From Tepidisphaeraceae bacterium (lineage in GTDB: Bacteria; Planctomycetota; Phycisphaerae; Tepidisphaerales; Tepidisphaeraceae): a stretch of 64,000 nucleotides of DNA. The translations under genes and the position numbers were made by a program. Under the pieces are notes generated by a model. It made no database searches. It was not told the origin of the DNA and saw only the letters and a list, made by a program, of their open reading frames with translations. The DNA lies in assembly GCA_036490535.1 (NCBI GenBank), contig DASXDR010000030.1, positions 15,467 through 79,466 on the forward strand, written 5' to 3'. Shown piece by piece: positions 44,389-55,029 of the stretch (its first letter is position 1; each line of letters starts with the position of its first letter).

Positions 44389-45912
44389 ATGTCAGTTCAT
44401 ATTCGATGGGGTTCACTGCTTTGCCTTGTCTCGCTGATTGCTGGTTGCGCAAGCCATGAGCCGGTCGCTACGCCATTTACTTCGCCGCTAGCGACGGTAG
44501 CCCTGGCGCATGAGGGTGAAGCAATGCATCAGGGGTCGTGGGATCGCACGGGAGGGAATGGCGATTGCCTTCAAGTAGCGCCGGGACAGACTGTTACCCT
44601 ACTGGACTATCAAGGGGCCGGGATCATTCGGCGGTTTTGGGTGACCATCGCTCCGCGCGCGGAGATGCACATTCACAGCCAGGCGATTTTGCGCATGTAC
44701 TGGGATGATGAAAAAGAGCCGAGCGTGGAATGCCCGATCGGCGCGTTCTTTGGCGTTGGCTTTGGGCAGCAGAAGGATTATGTGTCGCTGCCGCTGAACG
44801 AAATGAGCGGCGGGTATAACTGCTATTGGCCGATGCCGTTTCATAAGCATGCGCACTGGACGCTGGAGAATCGCTCGGATCGGAAGATCGATGCGTTTTA
44901 TTACAACATTGATTTCACGGCTTTGAAGAAACTCCCCGCAGGAATGAATCAGTTCCACGCATCGTTCCGCCGCGAGAATCCGACGACGGCGAATAAGAAC
45001 TACACTATTTTGGATGCAGAGGGTGACGGCCAATACGTGGGCACGGCGCTATTCATGCAGGCGATTAAGCCGCACGATATCGGGTTCCTCGAAGGGGATG
45101 AGATGATTTATATCGACGGGCGGCACGAGCCGACGCCGCCGGATTGGCATCACACGATGCCGGTGCCGCAGATCAATGGGACTGGCACGGAGGATTACTT
45201 TAGCAGCGGCTGGTATTTCGATCATGGAACCTATTCAGCGCCCTATCATGGCTGCGTCATCAAAGACGAAGTACAGGCGCGCATTTCGGCGTACCGGTGG
45301 AACATTGAAGACGCGATTCCGTTCCACAAGAACATTCTCGTCACCATCGAACACGGGACGAATAATGATCACGTCGCGGATTATTCATCGGTGGCGTACT
45401 TTTATCAGAGCGGGCCACACAAGCCTTATCCGCCGCTGCCGAGCGATGCGAATGATTTGCTGCCGCGCACCAATCGCATTGCTGGCCTGATTGACGGCGG
45501 CGATCTGGTTGGGCGTGCGCGGGCGACTTCGGGTGATGTGAGCACCCAGACTATGTTTAATTTCCCCGGCGACTGGGCTAGTGACTCGCAGCTATTCTGG
45601 CGTGATGCCAAGCCGGGAGCGGAATGCGGATTCACGATCCACGCGCCGCAGGATGGGATTTACGATCTCACTTTGTATTTCACCAGCGCACCGGATTACG
45701 CAACGGTTCGGCTGTGGCATGACAATAAAGTAGTCGGGCGACGAATCGATCTGTATGCCCCGTCGGTGCAGCCGCACGCGCCGGTGACCATTCGGCATAT
45801 TGAGCTGCATGCGGGGGATAATTCGTTTGCCCTTCGCATTGCGGATAAGAATGCGACGTCGTCCAATTATTATGTGGGATTGGATGGAGCGACGCTAACG
45901 GCAGCGAAATAG
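44389..45912 (+). CDS. DUF2961 (glycoside hydrolase family 172-like) lipoprotein
   Basis: GAGIIRRFWVTI..., MYWDDEKEPSVECPIGAFFG and GYNCYWPMPF are DUF2961 hallmarks. Lipobox LIAGC. I prefer the ATG at 44389 over 44365. Confidence 0.8.
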   Translation: MSVHIRWGSLLCLVSLIAGCASHEPVATPFTSPLATVALAHEGEAMHQGSWDRTGGNGDCLQVAPGQTVTLLDYQGAGIIRRFWVTIAPRAEMHIHSQAILRMYWDDEKEPSVECPIGAFFGVGFGQQKDYVSLPLNEMSGGYNCYWPMPFHKHAHWTLENRSDRKIDAFYYNIDFTALKKLPAGMNQFHASFRRENPTTANKNYTILDAEGDGQYVGTALFMQAIKPHDIGFLEGDEMIYIDGRHEPTPPDWHHTMPVPQINGTGTEDYFSSGWYFDHGTYSAPYHGCVIKDEVQARISAYRWNIEDAIPFHKNILVTIEHGTNNDHVADYSSVAYFYQSGPHKPYPPLPSDANDLLPRTNRIAGLIDGGDLVGRARATSGDVSTQTMFNFPGDWASDSQLFWRDAKPGAECGFTIHAPQDGIYDLTLYFTSAPDYATVRLWHDNKVVGRRIDLYAPSVQPHAPVTIRHIELHAGDNSFALRIADKNATSSNYYVGLDGATLTAAK

Positions 45913-45945
45913 TCGAATCGTCAGGACATTCGATTAAATGAAAAA

Positions 45946-45971
45946 AGCCCACGGATTGCTATCCGTGGGCT
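45946..45971. terminator. Terminator hairpin AGCCCACGGAT-TGCT-ATCCGTGGGCT between convergent genes
   Basis: Same 11-bp stem as 27515-27540. Flanked by A6 and TTATTATTT. Confidence 0.7.
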
Positions 45972-46001
45972 TTATTATTTGATGATGTCATACTCCGAAA
46001 A

Positions 46002-47477
46002 TCATTTGTGCTTGCGGCGGAGAAACAGCGGTAAAGCTAATCCGCACATTGCTAATGAAGCGGGCTCGGGGACCGCAGCTTCCAGTTCGTTTACATAATC
46101 CTGGCCGAATTCTGCTTCGCGCGAAGCGATCAGGCTTTGTGATAGGCCGTACTCCTGGGCAAAAGCGGTATCGATGATGAGATAATCCTTGTAATCGACT
46201 ACGCCATCGCCATTGAGATCGCCGTTGACGTAGCCGGTGAGATGCTCGGCCAAGCCACGATCGATCAAGGCGTAATCGTCGGCGTTGAGAATGCCGTCGC
46301 CATTGACGTCGCCGGAAATTGGGTTATCCAGGAGCGTGATGGAATCGAGCTCTGTGGTTCGACCGTAGGAATAGATGGTGAAGGAGAATGAATTCAGCTC
46401 GGTCCAATTCATGCCGGAGATATTAAAATCGACATTGCCCTTGGCGTCGGTGGTGTAGCTGTTGGGGGCGCCGTTATTGCCGCCGAAGACGATCATCTGG
46501 ACTACTGTATCGGGTTCGAGGAAATGGAATTGCATGGTGTCGTATCCGCCAGCGTTGGCGTGCATGTCATATTGGAGATCGCCCTCGTAGCCGCCGTTTC
46601 CGGTGTATTCAAAACCGTAGAGGACATCGGACTGGCCATTGGTGACGCTAAGGACGCCGTTCGCCACACTTGCACCGCCTCCTGATTCGCTGCTGACGAA
46701 ATCGAGTCCGCGTTTTCCGCCGATTGCGCCAGGGGCGGTGGTGGTTCCGCCGGAATACGGATTGGTTAAACTGTAGCTGGCGTTACCGGTATTGAAATCG
46801 TCAAAAATGAAGGGGTCCTGGGCTTCGGCGTATTGCGTGGATCGGCCGAGGGCGCCGATGTAAAGGTTGTAGGTGGGCTTGGTTGCGCCCACCAGCGCAT
46901 CGATGTTCGTGGGTGGTAAGTCGGCGTTGTTGATATTGGTAGGGGTCATGGTGCCGGCATCGCTGTTTTCATTAATTGCAATGAATCCCCTGCCCACGGG
47001 GTTGCTTGTGGAAATGACTGGACCATTGGCGGAAGCGGGAGCACTGTTGATTTCCACGCCCACGAAATAATCGCCGGTGACATAAGTGGCGGGAATCGTA
47101 AAAGCCTGGGGTGTGAAGAGGTCGTATTGACCGCTGGAGTTAACGGTGCTGGTAGTTTGCGTTAGTAGCTGAAGGTCGTTGGGATTGTTGGAATTACTGG
47201 GGTCTTCATAGACCATGACAGAAACGGGTGTGCCGGCCGCGAATCCGTTGTCGAAGCTGACATCGAGCTGCGTCAGATATTCGCCGCCAGTTGGAGCCGT
47301 AAAAGAATTAGCCCACCAGTAGTCGGCAAGCTGGCCATCGTGCAGGTATCCCGCCACGGTCGGGGAATCGTTATTCACGTAGGTTTGGTTATATCCAGCA
47401 CGAGCAACCAGAGCCGAGCCTAAAACAATCGCGCTGGCAGCGGCACGATAAAACAGAAAATTGCGATAACGCATCAT
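46002..47477 (-). CDS. Secreted protein with dockerin-like repeats and a PEP-CTERM anchor
   Basis: 491 aa with a signal peptide, DVNGDGILNADDYALID / NGDLNGDGVVDYKDYLIID repeats, and C-terminal VPEPASLAMCGLALPLFLRRKHK. Confidence 0.8.
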   Translation of the reverse strand: MMRYRNFLFYRAAASAIVLGSALVARAGYNQTYVNNDSPTVAGYLHDGQLADYWWANSFTAPTGGEYLTQLDVSFDNGFAAGTPVSVMVYEDPSNSNNPNDLQLLTQTTSTVNSSGQYDLFTPQAFTIPATYVTGDYFVGVEINSAPASANGPVISTSNPVGRGFIAINENSDAGTMTPTNINNADLPPTNIDALVGATKPTYNLYIGALGRSTQYAEAQDPFIFDDFNTGNASYSLTNPYSGGTTTAPGAIGGKRGLDFVSSESGGGASVANGVLSVTNGQSDVLYGFEYTGNGGYEGDLQYDMHANAGGYDTMQFHFLEPDTVVQMIVFGGNNGAPNSYTTDAKGNVDFNISGMNWTELNSFSFTIYSYGRTTELDSITLLDNPISGDVNGDGILNADDYALIDRGLAEHLTGYVNGDLNGDGVVDYKDYLIIDTAFAQEYGLSQSLIASREAEFGQDYVNELEAAVPEPASLAMCGLALPLFLRRKHK

Positions 47478-47594
47478 CCCTTACTCCTAAAGGTAAAAAC
47501 TCGCGAATAAACAGTTGTATACCAAAAAATCACCTTTGCGAAAGGAAAAAAGCGATGAATTTCCAGCTAATTGTCTATTAGAATGTTTACAAAA

Positions 47595-50126
47595 TTAACT
47601 TTTTCCGGCAGGCCGCTTGGGGGGCTTTGTTGTGGCCTTGCTGGAGCGAGCACCCAAGGCCACTTCCAGAACTTCGTCGACATTCTTAACGAAATGAAAC
47701 TTCAGTGTGTTTTTGACTTCGTCAGGAATGTCGGGCAAATCTTTTTCATTTCGGGCTGGGACGATGACCTGCTTGATGCCGGCGCGTTTGGCGGCGAGGG
47801 TTTTTTCTTTGAGGCCGCCGATGGGGAGGACCAGGCCGCGCAGGGTGATTTCGCCGGTCATGGCGACATCGTGGCGCACGGGGCGATTCAAGAAAAGCGA
47901 GGCGAGCGCGGTGAACATCGCCACGCCGGCGCTGGGGCCATCTTTGGGGACGGCGCCAGCGGGGACGTGAATGTGAATGTCGCTCTCGGCGATAAGCTTT
48001 GAATCGATTCCTAAGGCAGCGGTGCGTGAGCGCACCAGTGTATAGGCGGCGGTCGCGGATTCTTTCATCACGTCGCCGATCTGGCCGGTGAGGGTTATGC
48101 CACCTTTGCCGGGGATGCGACTGGCTTCGATGAAAAGAATTTCGCCGCCAAAAGGTGTGTAGGCCATGCCGGTAGCGACGCCGGGGACGGAAGTACGCGA
48201 GGCTAGTTCGGGTTCGAAGCGGCGAGGGCCGAGGGTCTTGGTGACGTAATCTTTATCGACGAGCTGGGGGGCGGGGCGCTTTTGGGGTTTGGAGTTTTTT
48301 GGAGGTTTCGGGGACGTGGTTGCTGACGCGACTACGCCGCTGACGGCACCACTGCCCGCGCTGCTGGAGGGTTCGGATTTGGAGACGACGTCGGCGGCGA
48401 CGGCTCGGGCTACGGAGCCGATGTTGCGTTCGAGATTGCGCACGCCGGCTTCGCGGGTGTAGGCTTCGATGATCCAGCGGAGGGCGTCGTCTTTGAAGCG
48501 AATGTGTTTGTTGGTCAGGCCGTGCGATTCGAGTTGGCGGGGCACGAGATAGGTTTTGGCGATATTGAGCTTGTCGGTCTCGGTGTAGCCGGGGATTTCG
48601 ATCACTTCCATGCGGTCGCGGAGTGGGCCGGGGACGGTGTCCATGGTGTTGGCGGTGGCGATGAAGAGAACGCGCGAGAGATCGAAAGGGACATCGAGAT
48701 AATGGTCGGTGAAGGTGCTGTTTTGCGCGGGGTCGAGCACTTCGAGCATGGCGCTAGCAGGGTCGCCGCGGAAATCGCTGCTCATTTTGTCGATTTCGTC
48801 GAGCATCATGACGGGATTTTTGGTGCCGGCCTTGCGAAGCTCGGCGATGATGCGACCGGGCATGGAGCCGATATAGGTGCGGCGATGGCCGCGAATATCG
48901 GCTTCATCGCGTACGCCGCCCAGGGCCACGCGGATGAATTTTCGGCCCATGGCTTCGGCGATGGATTTGCCGAGCGATGTTTTGCCCACGCCGGGCGGCC
49001 CGACGAAACAGAGAATTGCGCCAGCGCCGCCGGGTTTTAATTTTCGCACGGCAAGATATTCGATGATGCGACGCTTCACTTTGTCCAAGTCATGATGATC
49101 GCGATCGAGAATTGCGCGGGCTTCTTTCAGGTCGATTTTATCGTTGGTTTCGATGCTCCAGGGAAGCTCGGAAAGGATTTCCAGGTAGGTGCGAATCACG
49201 CCATATTCCGGCGAGGCGGCGGGGATGGAATCCAGGCGGGCCAACTCGCGGTTGGCTTCTTTCATGACATTTTCGGGGAGCTTGGCTGCTTCAAGTTTTT
49301 CGCGCAGGCCTTCTACATCGCTGCCGCCGGGTTCGGCTTCGCCGAGTTCCTTGCGAATGGCTTTGAGTTGTTCTTGCAGATAGTACCGTCGTTGGCTCTT
49401 GTCGATGTTTTCTTTGACCTGCGTCTGGATTTTGCTTTGGAGTTCGAGCACATCCAGTTGCGTTGCCAGGCGCGCGGCGAGCAGGCGCAAGCGTTTTTCA
49501 ACATCGAGTTCTTCGAGCAATTTTTGTTTGTCTGCAGAATCGGCTTGTAAATTGGCCGCCAGGAAATCGGCCAATGCCGAGGGTTGCTGGATGCTGTTGA
49601 GCACCTGGGCGGCTTCGTCGGGAGTATTGGGAGAAAGCTCGATGACACGATTTGCCTGCTGGCGCACCGAGGCAACCAGCGCGTCGACTTCTGTTCCAGT
49701 CGGAATGGTCTCTTCGAGCACCTCGATACGGCCCATGGTGAAGGGATCATTGCTTTCAATTGACAATAGACGAAAGCGCGTCAGGCCGTGGACGATGATG
49801 GACTGATTTCCATCGGGCAATTTGAACAATTTCAAAATGGAGCAGGCAACGCCGACGGTGTTGAGATCGGCGTACTGCGGATCTTCGGTTTCGGGATTTT
49901 TCTGGGTAATCACGCCGACAAGCTTTTCGCCGGGCATAACTTCATCGAGAAGATTTTTGCTCTTTTGCCGGCCGACATTCAGCGGCATCACCGTGCCGGG
50001 AAAAACGACGATATTGCGAATCGGCAAGATCGGCAGCAGCGTGGGAATATTCAGCACCTGCCCGTTGTTGCCAGTTTTGATAACCGTCTTCGTCGGTGTG
50101 CGTTCAATGATTTGTGTTTCGGCCAT
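47595..50126 (-). CDS. lon: ATP-dependent Lon protease (endopeptidase La)
   Basis: LON N-domain, Walker [10 protein letters not shown], protease-domain PKDGPSAG. A Ser/Pro/Lys-rich insert sits before the protease domain. I prefer the ATG at 50126; the upstream start lies in repeat sequence. Confidence 0.93.
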   Translation of the reverse strand: MAETQIIERTPTKTVIKTGNNGQVLNIPTLLPILPIRNIVVFPGTVMPLNVGRQKSKNLLDEVMPGEKLVGVITQKNPETEDPQYADLNTVGVACSILKLFKLPDGNQSIIVHGLTRFRLLSIESNDPFTMGRIEVLEETIPTGTEVDALVASVRQQANRVIELSPNTPDEAAQVLNSIQQPSALADFLAANLQADSADKQKLLEELDVEKRLRLLAARLATQLDVLELQSKIQTQVKENIDKSQRRYYLQEQLKAIRKELGEAEPGGSDVEGLREKLEAAKLPENVMKEANRELARLDSIPAASPEYGVIRTYLEILSELPWSIETNDKIDLKEARAILDRDHHDLDKVKRRIIEYLAVRKLKPGGAGAILCFVGPPGVGKTSLGKSIAEAMGRKFIRVALGGVRDEADIRGHRRTYIGSMPGRIIAELRKAGTKNPVMMLDEIDKMSSDFRGDPASAMLEVLDPAQNSTFTDHYLDVPFDLSRVLFIATANTMDTVPGPLRDRMEVIEIPGYTETDKLNIAKTYLVPRQLESHGLTNKHIRFKDDALRWIIEAYTREAGVRNLERNIGSVARAVAADVVSKSEPSSSAGSGAVSGVVASATTSPKPPKNSKPQKRPAPQLVDKDYVTKTLGPRRFEPELASRTSVPGVATGMAYTPFGGEILFIEASRIPGKGGITLTGQIGDVMKESATAAYTLVRSRTAALGIDSKLIAESDIHIHVPAGAVPKDGPSAGVAMFTALASLFLNRPVRHDVAMTGEITLRGLVLPIGGLKEKTLAAKRAGIKQVIVPARNEKDLPDIPDEVKNTLKFHFVKNVDEVLEVALGARSSKATTKPPKRPAGKS

Positions 50127-50227
50127 AAAAAAATCAGGGACAAGGGACAAGGCGGCAAGGGACAAGGGAATGAAAGCTGCGCTTGCGGCTTAGAATTTTT
50201 TCATCCTTCATCCTTTCGCCTTCATAC

Positions 50228-50635
50228 TTATTTCTTAGGTAGTTCAATCCACAATAACCCGTTACGATGGCTGGCGACGATTTTGTCGCGCTGCACGTCG
50301 TCGGGGAGCTCGACCTCGCGGCAGAATGCGCCGTGATCGATTTCCATCAGATGAACACTGACACGCTGCGATCCATTATCTGATTCCAGGGGGACAGGGC
50401 GATTGCCCTTGAGAGTGAGTCGGCCGTCGCGCACTTCCAGATCGATCTTCTCTTTTTCCACGCCAGCCAAATCGACGCAAACCAGATAGGCAGTGGTGGT
50501 TTCGTACAAATTCACCGCGGGCCGCCAGACCTGATCGCAGCTGTAATTGTAATATTGTTTTTTCAACTGGTCCGCGAGCTTGCCCATCTGAGAAAGATTC
50601 CCAAACGGCGGATCGGCAGCGAGTGATGTCGGCAT
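50228..50635 (-). CDS. Hsp20/alpha-crystallin family small heat-shock protein
   Basis: 135 aa. Alpha-crystallin-domain pattern (...YLVCVDLAGVEKEKIDLEVRDGRLTLKG...ASHRNGLLWIELPK). Directly upstream of lon. Confidence 0.85.
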   Translation of the reverse strand: MPTSLAADPPFGNLSQMGKLADQLKKQYYNYSCDQVWRPAVNLYETTTAYLVCVDLAGVEKEKIDLEVRDGRLTLKGNRPVPLESDNGSQRVSVHLMEIDHGAFCREVELPDDVQRDKIVASHRNGLLWIELPKK

Positions 50636-50751
50636 AATGAGCTCCGATGAAAACTGAGATTAATCATAGCCAGCGATATGAATTTCGGCGATGGGGAAAT
50701 ACGAAATGCAGATAGGAGCCAGAAGCGAGTAGAAAGACTCTTTTATTCTGG

Positions 50752-51219
50752 CTACTGGCTACTGGTTTCTGACTTCTGTTTTGCGCGTTCTGCATTGCTT
50801 CTCCCTTCCCTCAGCGTTCCACGGCAAATATCGCAGGAAAAGGCGTGGTTCTCACAATGGCTGGCGCGTTTGGCCAGTAAATCAAGGATTAAATCATCTA
50901 AGCCCAGCGTGGGGGCGACGTGATATTGGGTGTGGGGGAACCTCTCGGATGCTTCGGCGGTTAAACGCGGAATATCCTGAGTCCAATGTTTGCCGGGACC
51001 CAGGAAAAATGGCACGACAACGATTCTTTGTGCTCCCCGGGCGGCACAATTGGCATAGGCAGTTGCGATAGAGGGCTCGGCCAATTCCATGTGGGCAGCT
51101 TCGACGATAGAGAATTTTTCGCGGAATCGAGTGGCGAATAGCCGGGCCAGTTCTTCGAGCATCTGATTGGATTCATCACGCCGCGAGCCATGATCGACGA
51201 TGATAAGGCCGGTCTGCAT
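50752..51219 (-). CDS. cbiX: CbiX/SirB-type sirohydrochlorin chelatase with a Cys-rich C-terminus
   Basis: LIIVDHGSRRDESN and RIVVVPFFLGPGKHW motifs. C-terminal HCENHAFSCDIC. Start at the ATG at 51219. Confidence 0.75.
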   Translation of the reverse strand: MQTGLIIVDHGSRRDESNQMLEELARLFATRFREKFSIVEAAHMELAEPSIATAYANCAARGAQRIVVVPFFLGPGKHWTQDIPRLTAEASERFPHTQYHVAPTLGLDDLILDLLAKRASHCENHAFSCDICRGTLREGRSNAERAKQKSETSSQ

Positions 51220-51342
51220 ATAGGCATTGTAGCACATGGCGACAGATAATTTCGGGTTGGTTGTCGACTATGCGGTTCAAAGAAAAAACTTTTTTATATT
51301 TCCCTTGTTGTTTTGGACCTTGTGCCGGTATTCTTCGGGTAC

Positions 51343-52281
51343 ATGCCAGTCGGAGCCAGTGACATCTCCTGGCAGACGCTCGGTGACATCGTCCGCGACT
51401 GGGCTGGCTCTATCGCCACGCTGACCGAATGCAAACCGCTGGCTGGCGGATATATTCACACCACCTTGCTGTTGAAACTAACCGATGGCTCGCAAGTGGT
51501 TTTGAAAATTTCGCCGCATCGCGTCGACCGCGGTTATCTCGATGAAGCGCATCAATTGGAACTCCTGCGGCAAAAGGGCCTGCCTGCTCCAAAAGTTTTT
51601 CGCGCGCAGGTCGCCTCGCTGGAACGACCAGATAGTTACATCCTCATGGAATATATCCCCGGAATGGACCTGGCCCGTGCCCGCAAGCAATGCACCGCCG
51701 AGGAATACGACCATCTGCAAGGCGAATTCGCTGACCTCGTCGCCAAGCTCCATTCCTGCAATGGAAGCTGCTACCAGCGCGTCAGTGCTTCCAACCATCA
51801 GACTCCCTGCGAGGATTGGCCGGCATTTTTTCGGGAAATCTACAATTCCATCTGGCACGAAGCTGAAAAGAACGGCCATCTGCCCATCAAGGTGAAAAAG
51901 AAGATCGGTAAAATTCACCAGTCATTGGAGCATTGCATCAGCCATGACGACACTCCCCGCCTCACTCACTGGGATCTCTGGTCGAATAATGTCATGGCCC
52001 ACCCCGGCCCCGACGGGCACTGGCACATCGCTGCGTTTCTTGATCCCAACAGCAAATACGCCCACGCCGAAGCTGAGATTGCGTACCTGGAATTATTTCA
52101 GACGATCACGCCGGTATTTCTCAAGGCTTATCAAAAACATCACAAGCTCTCGGCGGATTATCATCGCGTTCGCAAATTAGTTTATCAGATGTACCCGCTG
52201 ATCGATCACGTCAATCTATTCGGGCACGAATACGTCGGGCCGTTGTGCCATATTGTGGAGAAGCTATCAGCAGTGGTGTAG
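51343..52281 (+). CDS. Fructosamine kinase / aminoglycoside phosphotransferase-fold kinase
   Basis: APH-fold catalytic region LTHWDLWSNN and the fructosamine-kinase-like FLDPNSKYAHAEAEIAYLELF. The start is the ATG at 51343 or the TTG at 51313. Confidence 0.7.
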   Translation: MPVGASDISWQTLGDIVRDWAGSIATLTECKPLAGGYIHTTLLLKLTDGSQVVLKISPHRVDRGYLDEAHQLELLRQKGLPAPKVFRAQVASLERPDSYILMEYIPGMDLARARKQCTAEEYDHLQGEFADLVAKLHSCNGSCYQRVSASNHQTPCEDWPAFFREIYNSIWHEAEKNGHLPIKVKKKIGKIHQSLEHCISHDDTPRLTHWDLWSNNVMAHPGPDGHWHIAAFLDPNSKYAHAEAEIAYLELFQTITPVFLKAYQKHHKLSADYHRVRKLVYQMYPLIDHVNLFGHEYVGPLCHIVEKLSAVV

Positions 52282-52284
52282 GAA

Positions 52285-53673
52285 TCAGCTCTCTTGTCCC
52301 CCCAATTCCCCTTCAATGGGTATTACTGGCGGAGGCTCATGCTCTGCGCTGGCAGTGATGGTGTGACCAGAAAAGACCATCAGCAACCCACCAATAATTC
52401 CGAATGGCGCCATGAAATACCAATAGGAATGCCAGCCGTATTTCTGCAGGATCATGCCCAGCACCACACCGGCAAGTGCCTGCCCGAGATATTGGAATGA
52501 ATCGATAACGCCTGAGGCAAAACCGGCCATTTTCCGCCCGCCAATATCCATCGCGGCAGCGGTGCCCAGCAGCGAATGCGTCGAATTGCACGTGAAGGCA
52601 ATCGCTACAAAAAACACAACGGTTTCGATGGGTGTCCGGGCAAAGTGCGCCGCCAGCAGGATGATCGCCGCTTCCGTAAAATACAGCACTGCCGCCACCG
52701 GGGCTCGTCGTGATTTGAAAAACATGTCGGAGAGATAACCCGACATGAGCGAACCGGCAGACGCCACAAAGGGCATCAAAAATCCCAAAACATAAAAGAT
52801 CCTTGAATTCAGTGGAATATGATGAACATCGGTCATGTAGCGGGCAAACCACTGCTGTTGCGAAGCGCGCACGCCGCCTGTGCAAAAATAAGCCAATCCC
52901 GTAAACCAGATCCCCGGATGAGAGACCATCTTGCGAAAGACTTCGCTGGTTTTGGCGCGCGGGTCATCATCACCAGCCCCTTTGGGGGGTTGCATGTGAT
53001 AGAAGCCTGCCTCTTCCGGAGTTTGCTTGACGATCAGCGCCATCAGCAGCGCGACAATCGCAATCACGCATGCTGGTCCAAAGAACAGCCATCGCCAGTG
53101 CAGTGCTGGAACGCTCAGCAGCCCCATAAACGTGAAGCCCGCTAAAAGCATTGGGCCGACGCGATTGATTACGAACACGCCCAGGTTGATCATGAATCCG
53201 AAAATCCCCGCAAAGCTCCCCCGCTCGCGGTGATGAAACCAGGCGGTATTGATCTTCACCATGCCTGGGGCGCCAAATGATTGCAGATATCCATTCATCG
53301 CCCAGAGCAGCGTGAACAGCGAAAGCTGTCCCACGAAAGATGCAAAGCCAAAGGCGACATTCACGATCAATGTCCCAATCGCGCCGATAATCATCGAGCG
53401 CTTGCCGCCAATGCGATCGCAAATCAGGCCATTGATCCATTGACCGCAGGCATAAGCCAGCGATTGCATCGAAATGATCAATCCCATCTGCGTATCGGAA
53501 AAATGAAATTCCTTGGCGATGGCCCCGTTGGCGATTGGGAAGTTGTAACGGCAGAGATAGTACGAGGTATAAAGAAATCCGAGAAATGCCCAGTTGAGAC
53601 CCCGCCTCGCCCGAAATCCGGGAGGATAAACCGGGCGGTCAATTATCGAAGGCATATCGTCTTGATGCGCCAT
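52285..53673 (-). CDS. MFS transporter (organophosphate:phosphate antiporter-like)
   Basis: 12-TM-like profile. YLCRYNF and DRIGGKRS motifs resemble the GlpT/UhpC type. Start at the ATG at 53673; a longer ORF would overlap gdhA. Confidence 0.75.
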   Translation of the reverse strand: MAHQDDMPSIIDRPVYPPGFRARRGLNWAFLGFLYTSYYLCRYNFPIANGAIAKEFHFSDTQMGLIISMQSLAYACGQWINGLICDRIGGKRSMIIGAIGTLIVNVAFGFASFVGQLSLFTLLWAMNGYLQSFGAPGMVKINTAWFHHRERGSFAGIFGFMINLGVFVINRVGPMLLAGFTFMGLLSVPALHWRWLFFGPACVIAIVALLMALIVKQTPEEAGFYHMQPPKGAGDDDPRAKTSEVFRKMVSHPGIWFTGLAYFCTGGVRASQQQWFARYMTDVHHIPLNSRIFYVLGFLMPFVASAGSLMSGYLSDMFFKSRRAPVAAVLYFTEAAIILLAAHFARTPIETVVFFVAIAFTCNSTHSLLGTAAAMDIGGRKMAGFASGVIDSFQYLGQALAGVVLGMILQKYGWHSYWYFMAPFGIIGGLLMVFSGHTITASAEHEPPPVIPIEGELGGQES

Positions 53674-53717
53674 AGCGGGCGGGATGGTAACAGACACTTC
53701 CGGACGTGGCGAGAAAA

Positions 53718-55013
53718 TTATGGAAATAATCCCTTCATTCGATGCGCCTCGGCCACGCGCCCGATTGCGAGCGTATAGGCTGCCGTGCGGTAATCGCAAT
53801 CTGCTTCATCGGCTTTGGCGTTCACGCGATCGAACGCCTGCTCCATCACCTTTTGCAGTTCATTCTGCACCTGCTTGAGATCCCAGAAAAAATTCTGCAA
53901 TCCCTGCACCCATTCAAAATAGCTCACGGTGACGCCGCCGGCATTGGCCAGAATATCCGGCAGAATCGTAATGCCTGCATCGCGCAGAATCTCATCTGCT
54001 TTCGGCGTGGTCGGTCCATTCGCTCCTTCGACCACCGTGTGGGCCTGAATATCCGGCGCGATCTCCTCGGTTATCGTGTTTTCCATTGCAGCCGGAATCA
54101 GCACATCGCATTGGCAAGCGAGCAGTTCTTCGTTGCTCAGCTCATCGCAGTCGGGAAAGTCGCTCAGCGTGCCATTCTCGCGGTAATACAAACCGGCAGC
54201 ATCGATATCGATTCCATTGGCGTTATAGATTCCACCCCCCTTTTCGCTGATGGCCACAACGGTTGCGCCGCGCTCATCGATGAGGCGGGCGGTGTGATAG
54301 CCGACATTGCCAAAACCCTGCACGGCCACTTTACAATTTTCCAGCGTTTTATTTTGAGTCGCCAGGAATTTGCGAAGGATGTTCATCACGCCGCGACCTG
54401 TCGCTTCTTCTCTCCCCACCGATCCGCCGAGGGCCACTGGCTTTCCCGTCACCACGCCCAGCGTCTGATGCCCCACCATCATCGAATACGTATCGAACAT
54501 CCAGCTCATGACCTGCGCATCGGTCCCAGCATCTGGCGCCGGGATGTCCCGGTCTGGTCCAATGATCGGCATGATCTCATACGTATATCGCCGCGTGAGT
54601 CGCTCCTTTTCGCCAACGGACAATTTCTTCGGCTCGCAGACTACTCCGCCCTTCGCTCCGCCAAACGGCAAACCTACCAGCGCGTTCTTCCACGTCTGCA
54701 GCATCGCTAGCGCCATCACCTCATCGCGATCCACACTGGCGTCAAACCGCACACCTCCTTTGAATGGCCCGAGTGCTGAATTGTGCTGCGCACGATATCC
54801 CGTGAATACTTGAATCTCTCCATTATCCATCCGCACCGGGCAGGAAACCGTGAGCACCCGTCGCGGATTGGCCAGCACATTCCGCCAATCTTTCTCCAAT
54901 GGCATGGTCTGCAAAACCCGATCAAAATATTGATGCGCGTTCTCCCAAAATGGCGAGTGCTCTCTTTTAGGTGGAACTAACGGCGAAAGACGATTGGTGG
55001 TGGCTTCGCTCAT
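53718..55013 (-). CDS. gdhA: Glutamate dehydrogenase (Glu/Leu/Phe/Val dehydrogenase family)
   Basis: 431 aa. GPFKGGVRF, LPFGGAKGGV and the NAD(P)-binding VAVQGFGNVG. Confidence 0.9.
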   Translation of the reverse strand: MSEATTNRLSPLVPPKREHSPFWENAHQYFDRVLQTMPLEKDWRNVLANPRRVLTVSCPVRMDNGEIQVFTGYRAQHNSALGPFKGGVRFDASVDRDEVMALAMLQTWKNALVGLPFGGAKGGVVCEPKKLSVGEKERLTRRYTYEIMPIIGPDRDIPAPDAGTDAQVMSWMFDTYSMMVGHQTLGVVTGKPVALGGSVGREEATGRGVMNILRKFLATQNKTLENCKVAVQGFGNVGYHTARLIDERGATVVAISEKGGGIYNANGIDIDAAGLYYRENGTLSDFPDCDELSNEELLACQCDVLIPAAMENTITEEIAPDIQAHTVVEGANGPTTPKADEILRDAGITILPDILANAGGVTVSYFEWVQGLQNFFWDLKQVQNELQKVMEQAFDRVNAKADEADCDYRTAAYTLAIGRVAEAHRMKGLFP

Positions 55014-55029
55014 AACCGCTCATTAAAGC

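Noticed and set aside
50140-50227. GGGACAAGGGA word repeats between hsp20 and lon (also AATCAGGGACAAGGGA at 12756-12771) as another palindrome copy.
   Set aside because: The downstream CTTCATCC-type words are not the reverse complement of the GGGACAAGG arm, so no hairpin is supported. I note only a 16-mer shared between the two loci.
53742-54710. Long antisense ORFs opposite well-supported genes. Examples: 53742-54710 (+) opposite gdhA, 11957-12784 (-) opposite the sugar isomerase, 34468-35328 (-) opposite the glycoside hydrolase, 16918-17661 (+), 20433-21149 (+) opposite clpB, and 42171-42662 (-) opposite infC.
   Set aside because: Their translations are Arg/His/Gly-rich and low-complexity with no recognisable motifs, while the opposite strand encodes proteins with clear family signatures. 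These are typical shadow ORFs of moderately GC-rich DNA.
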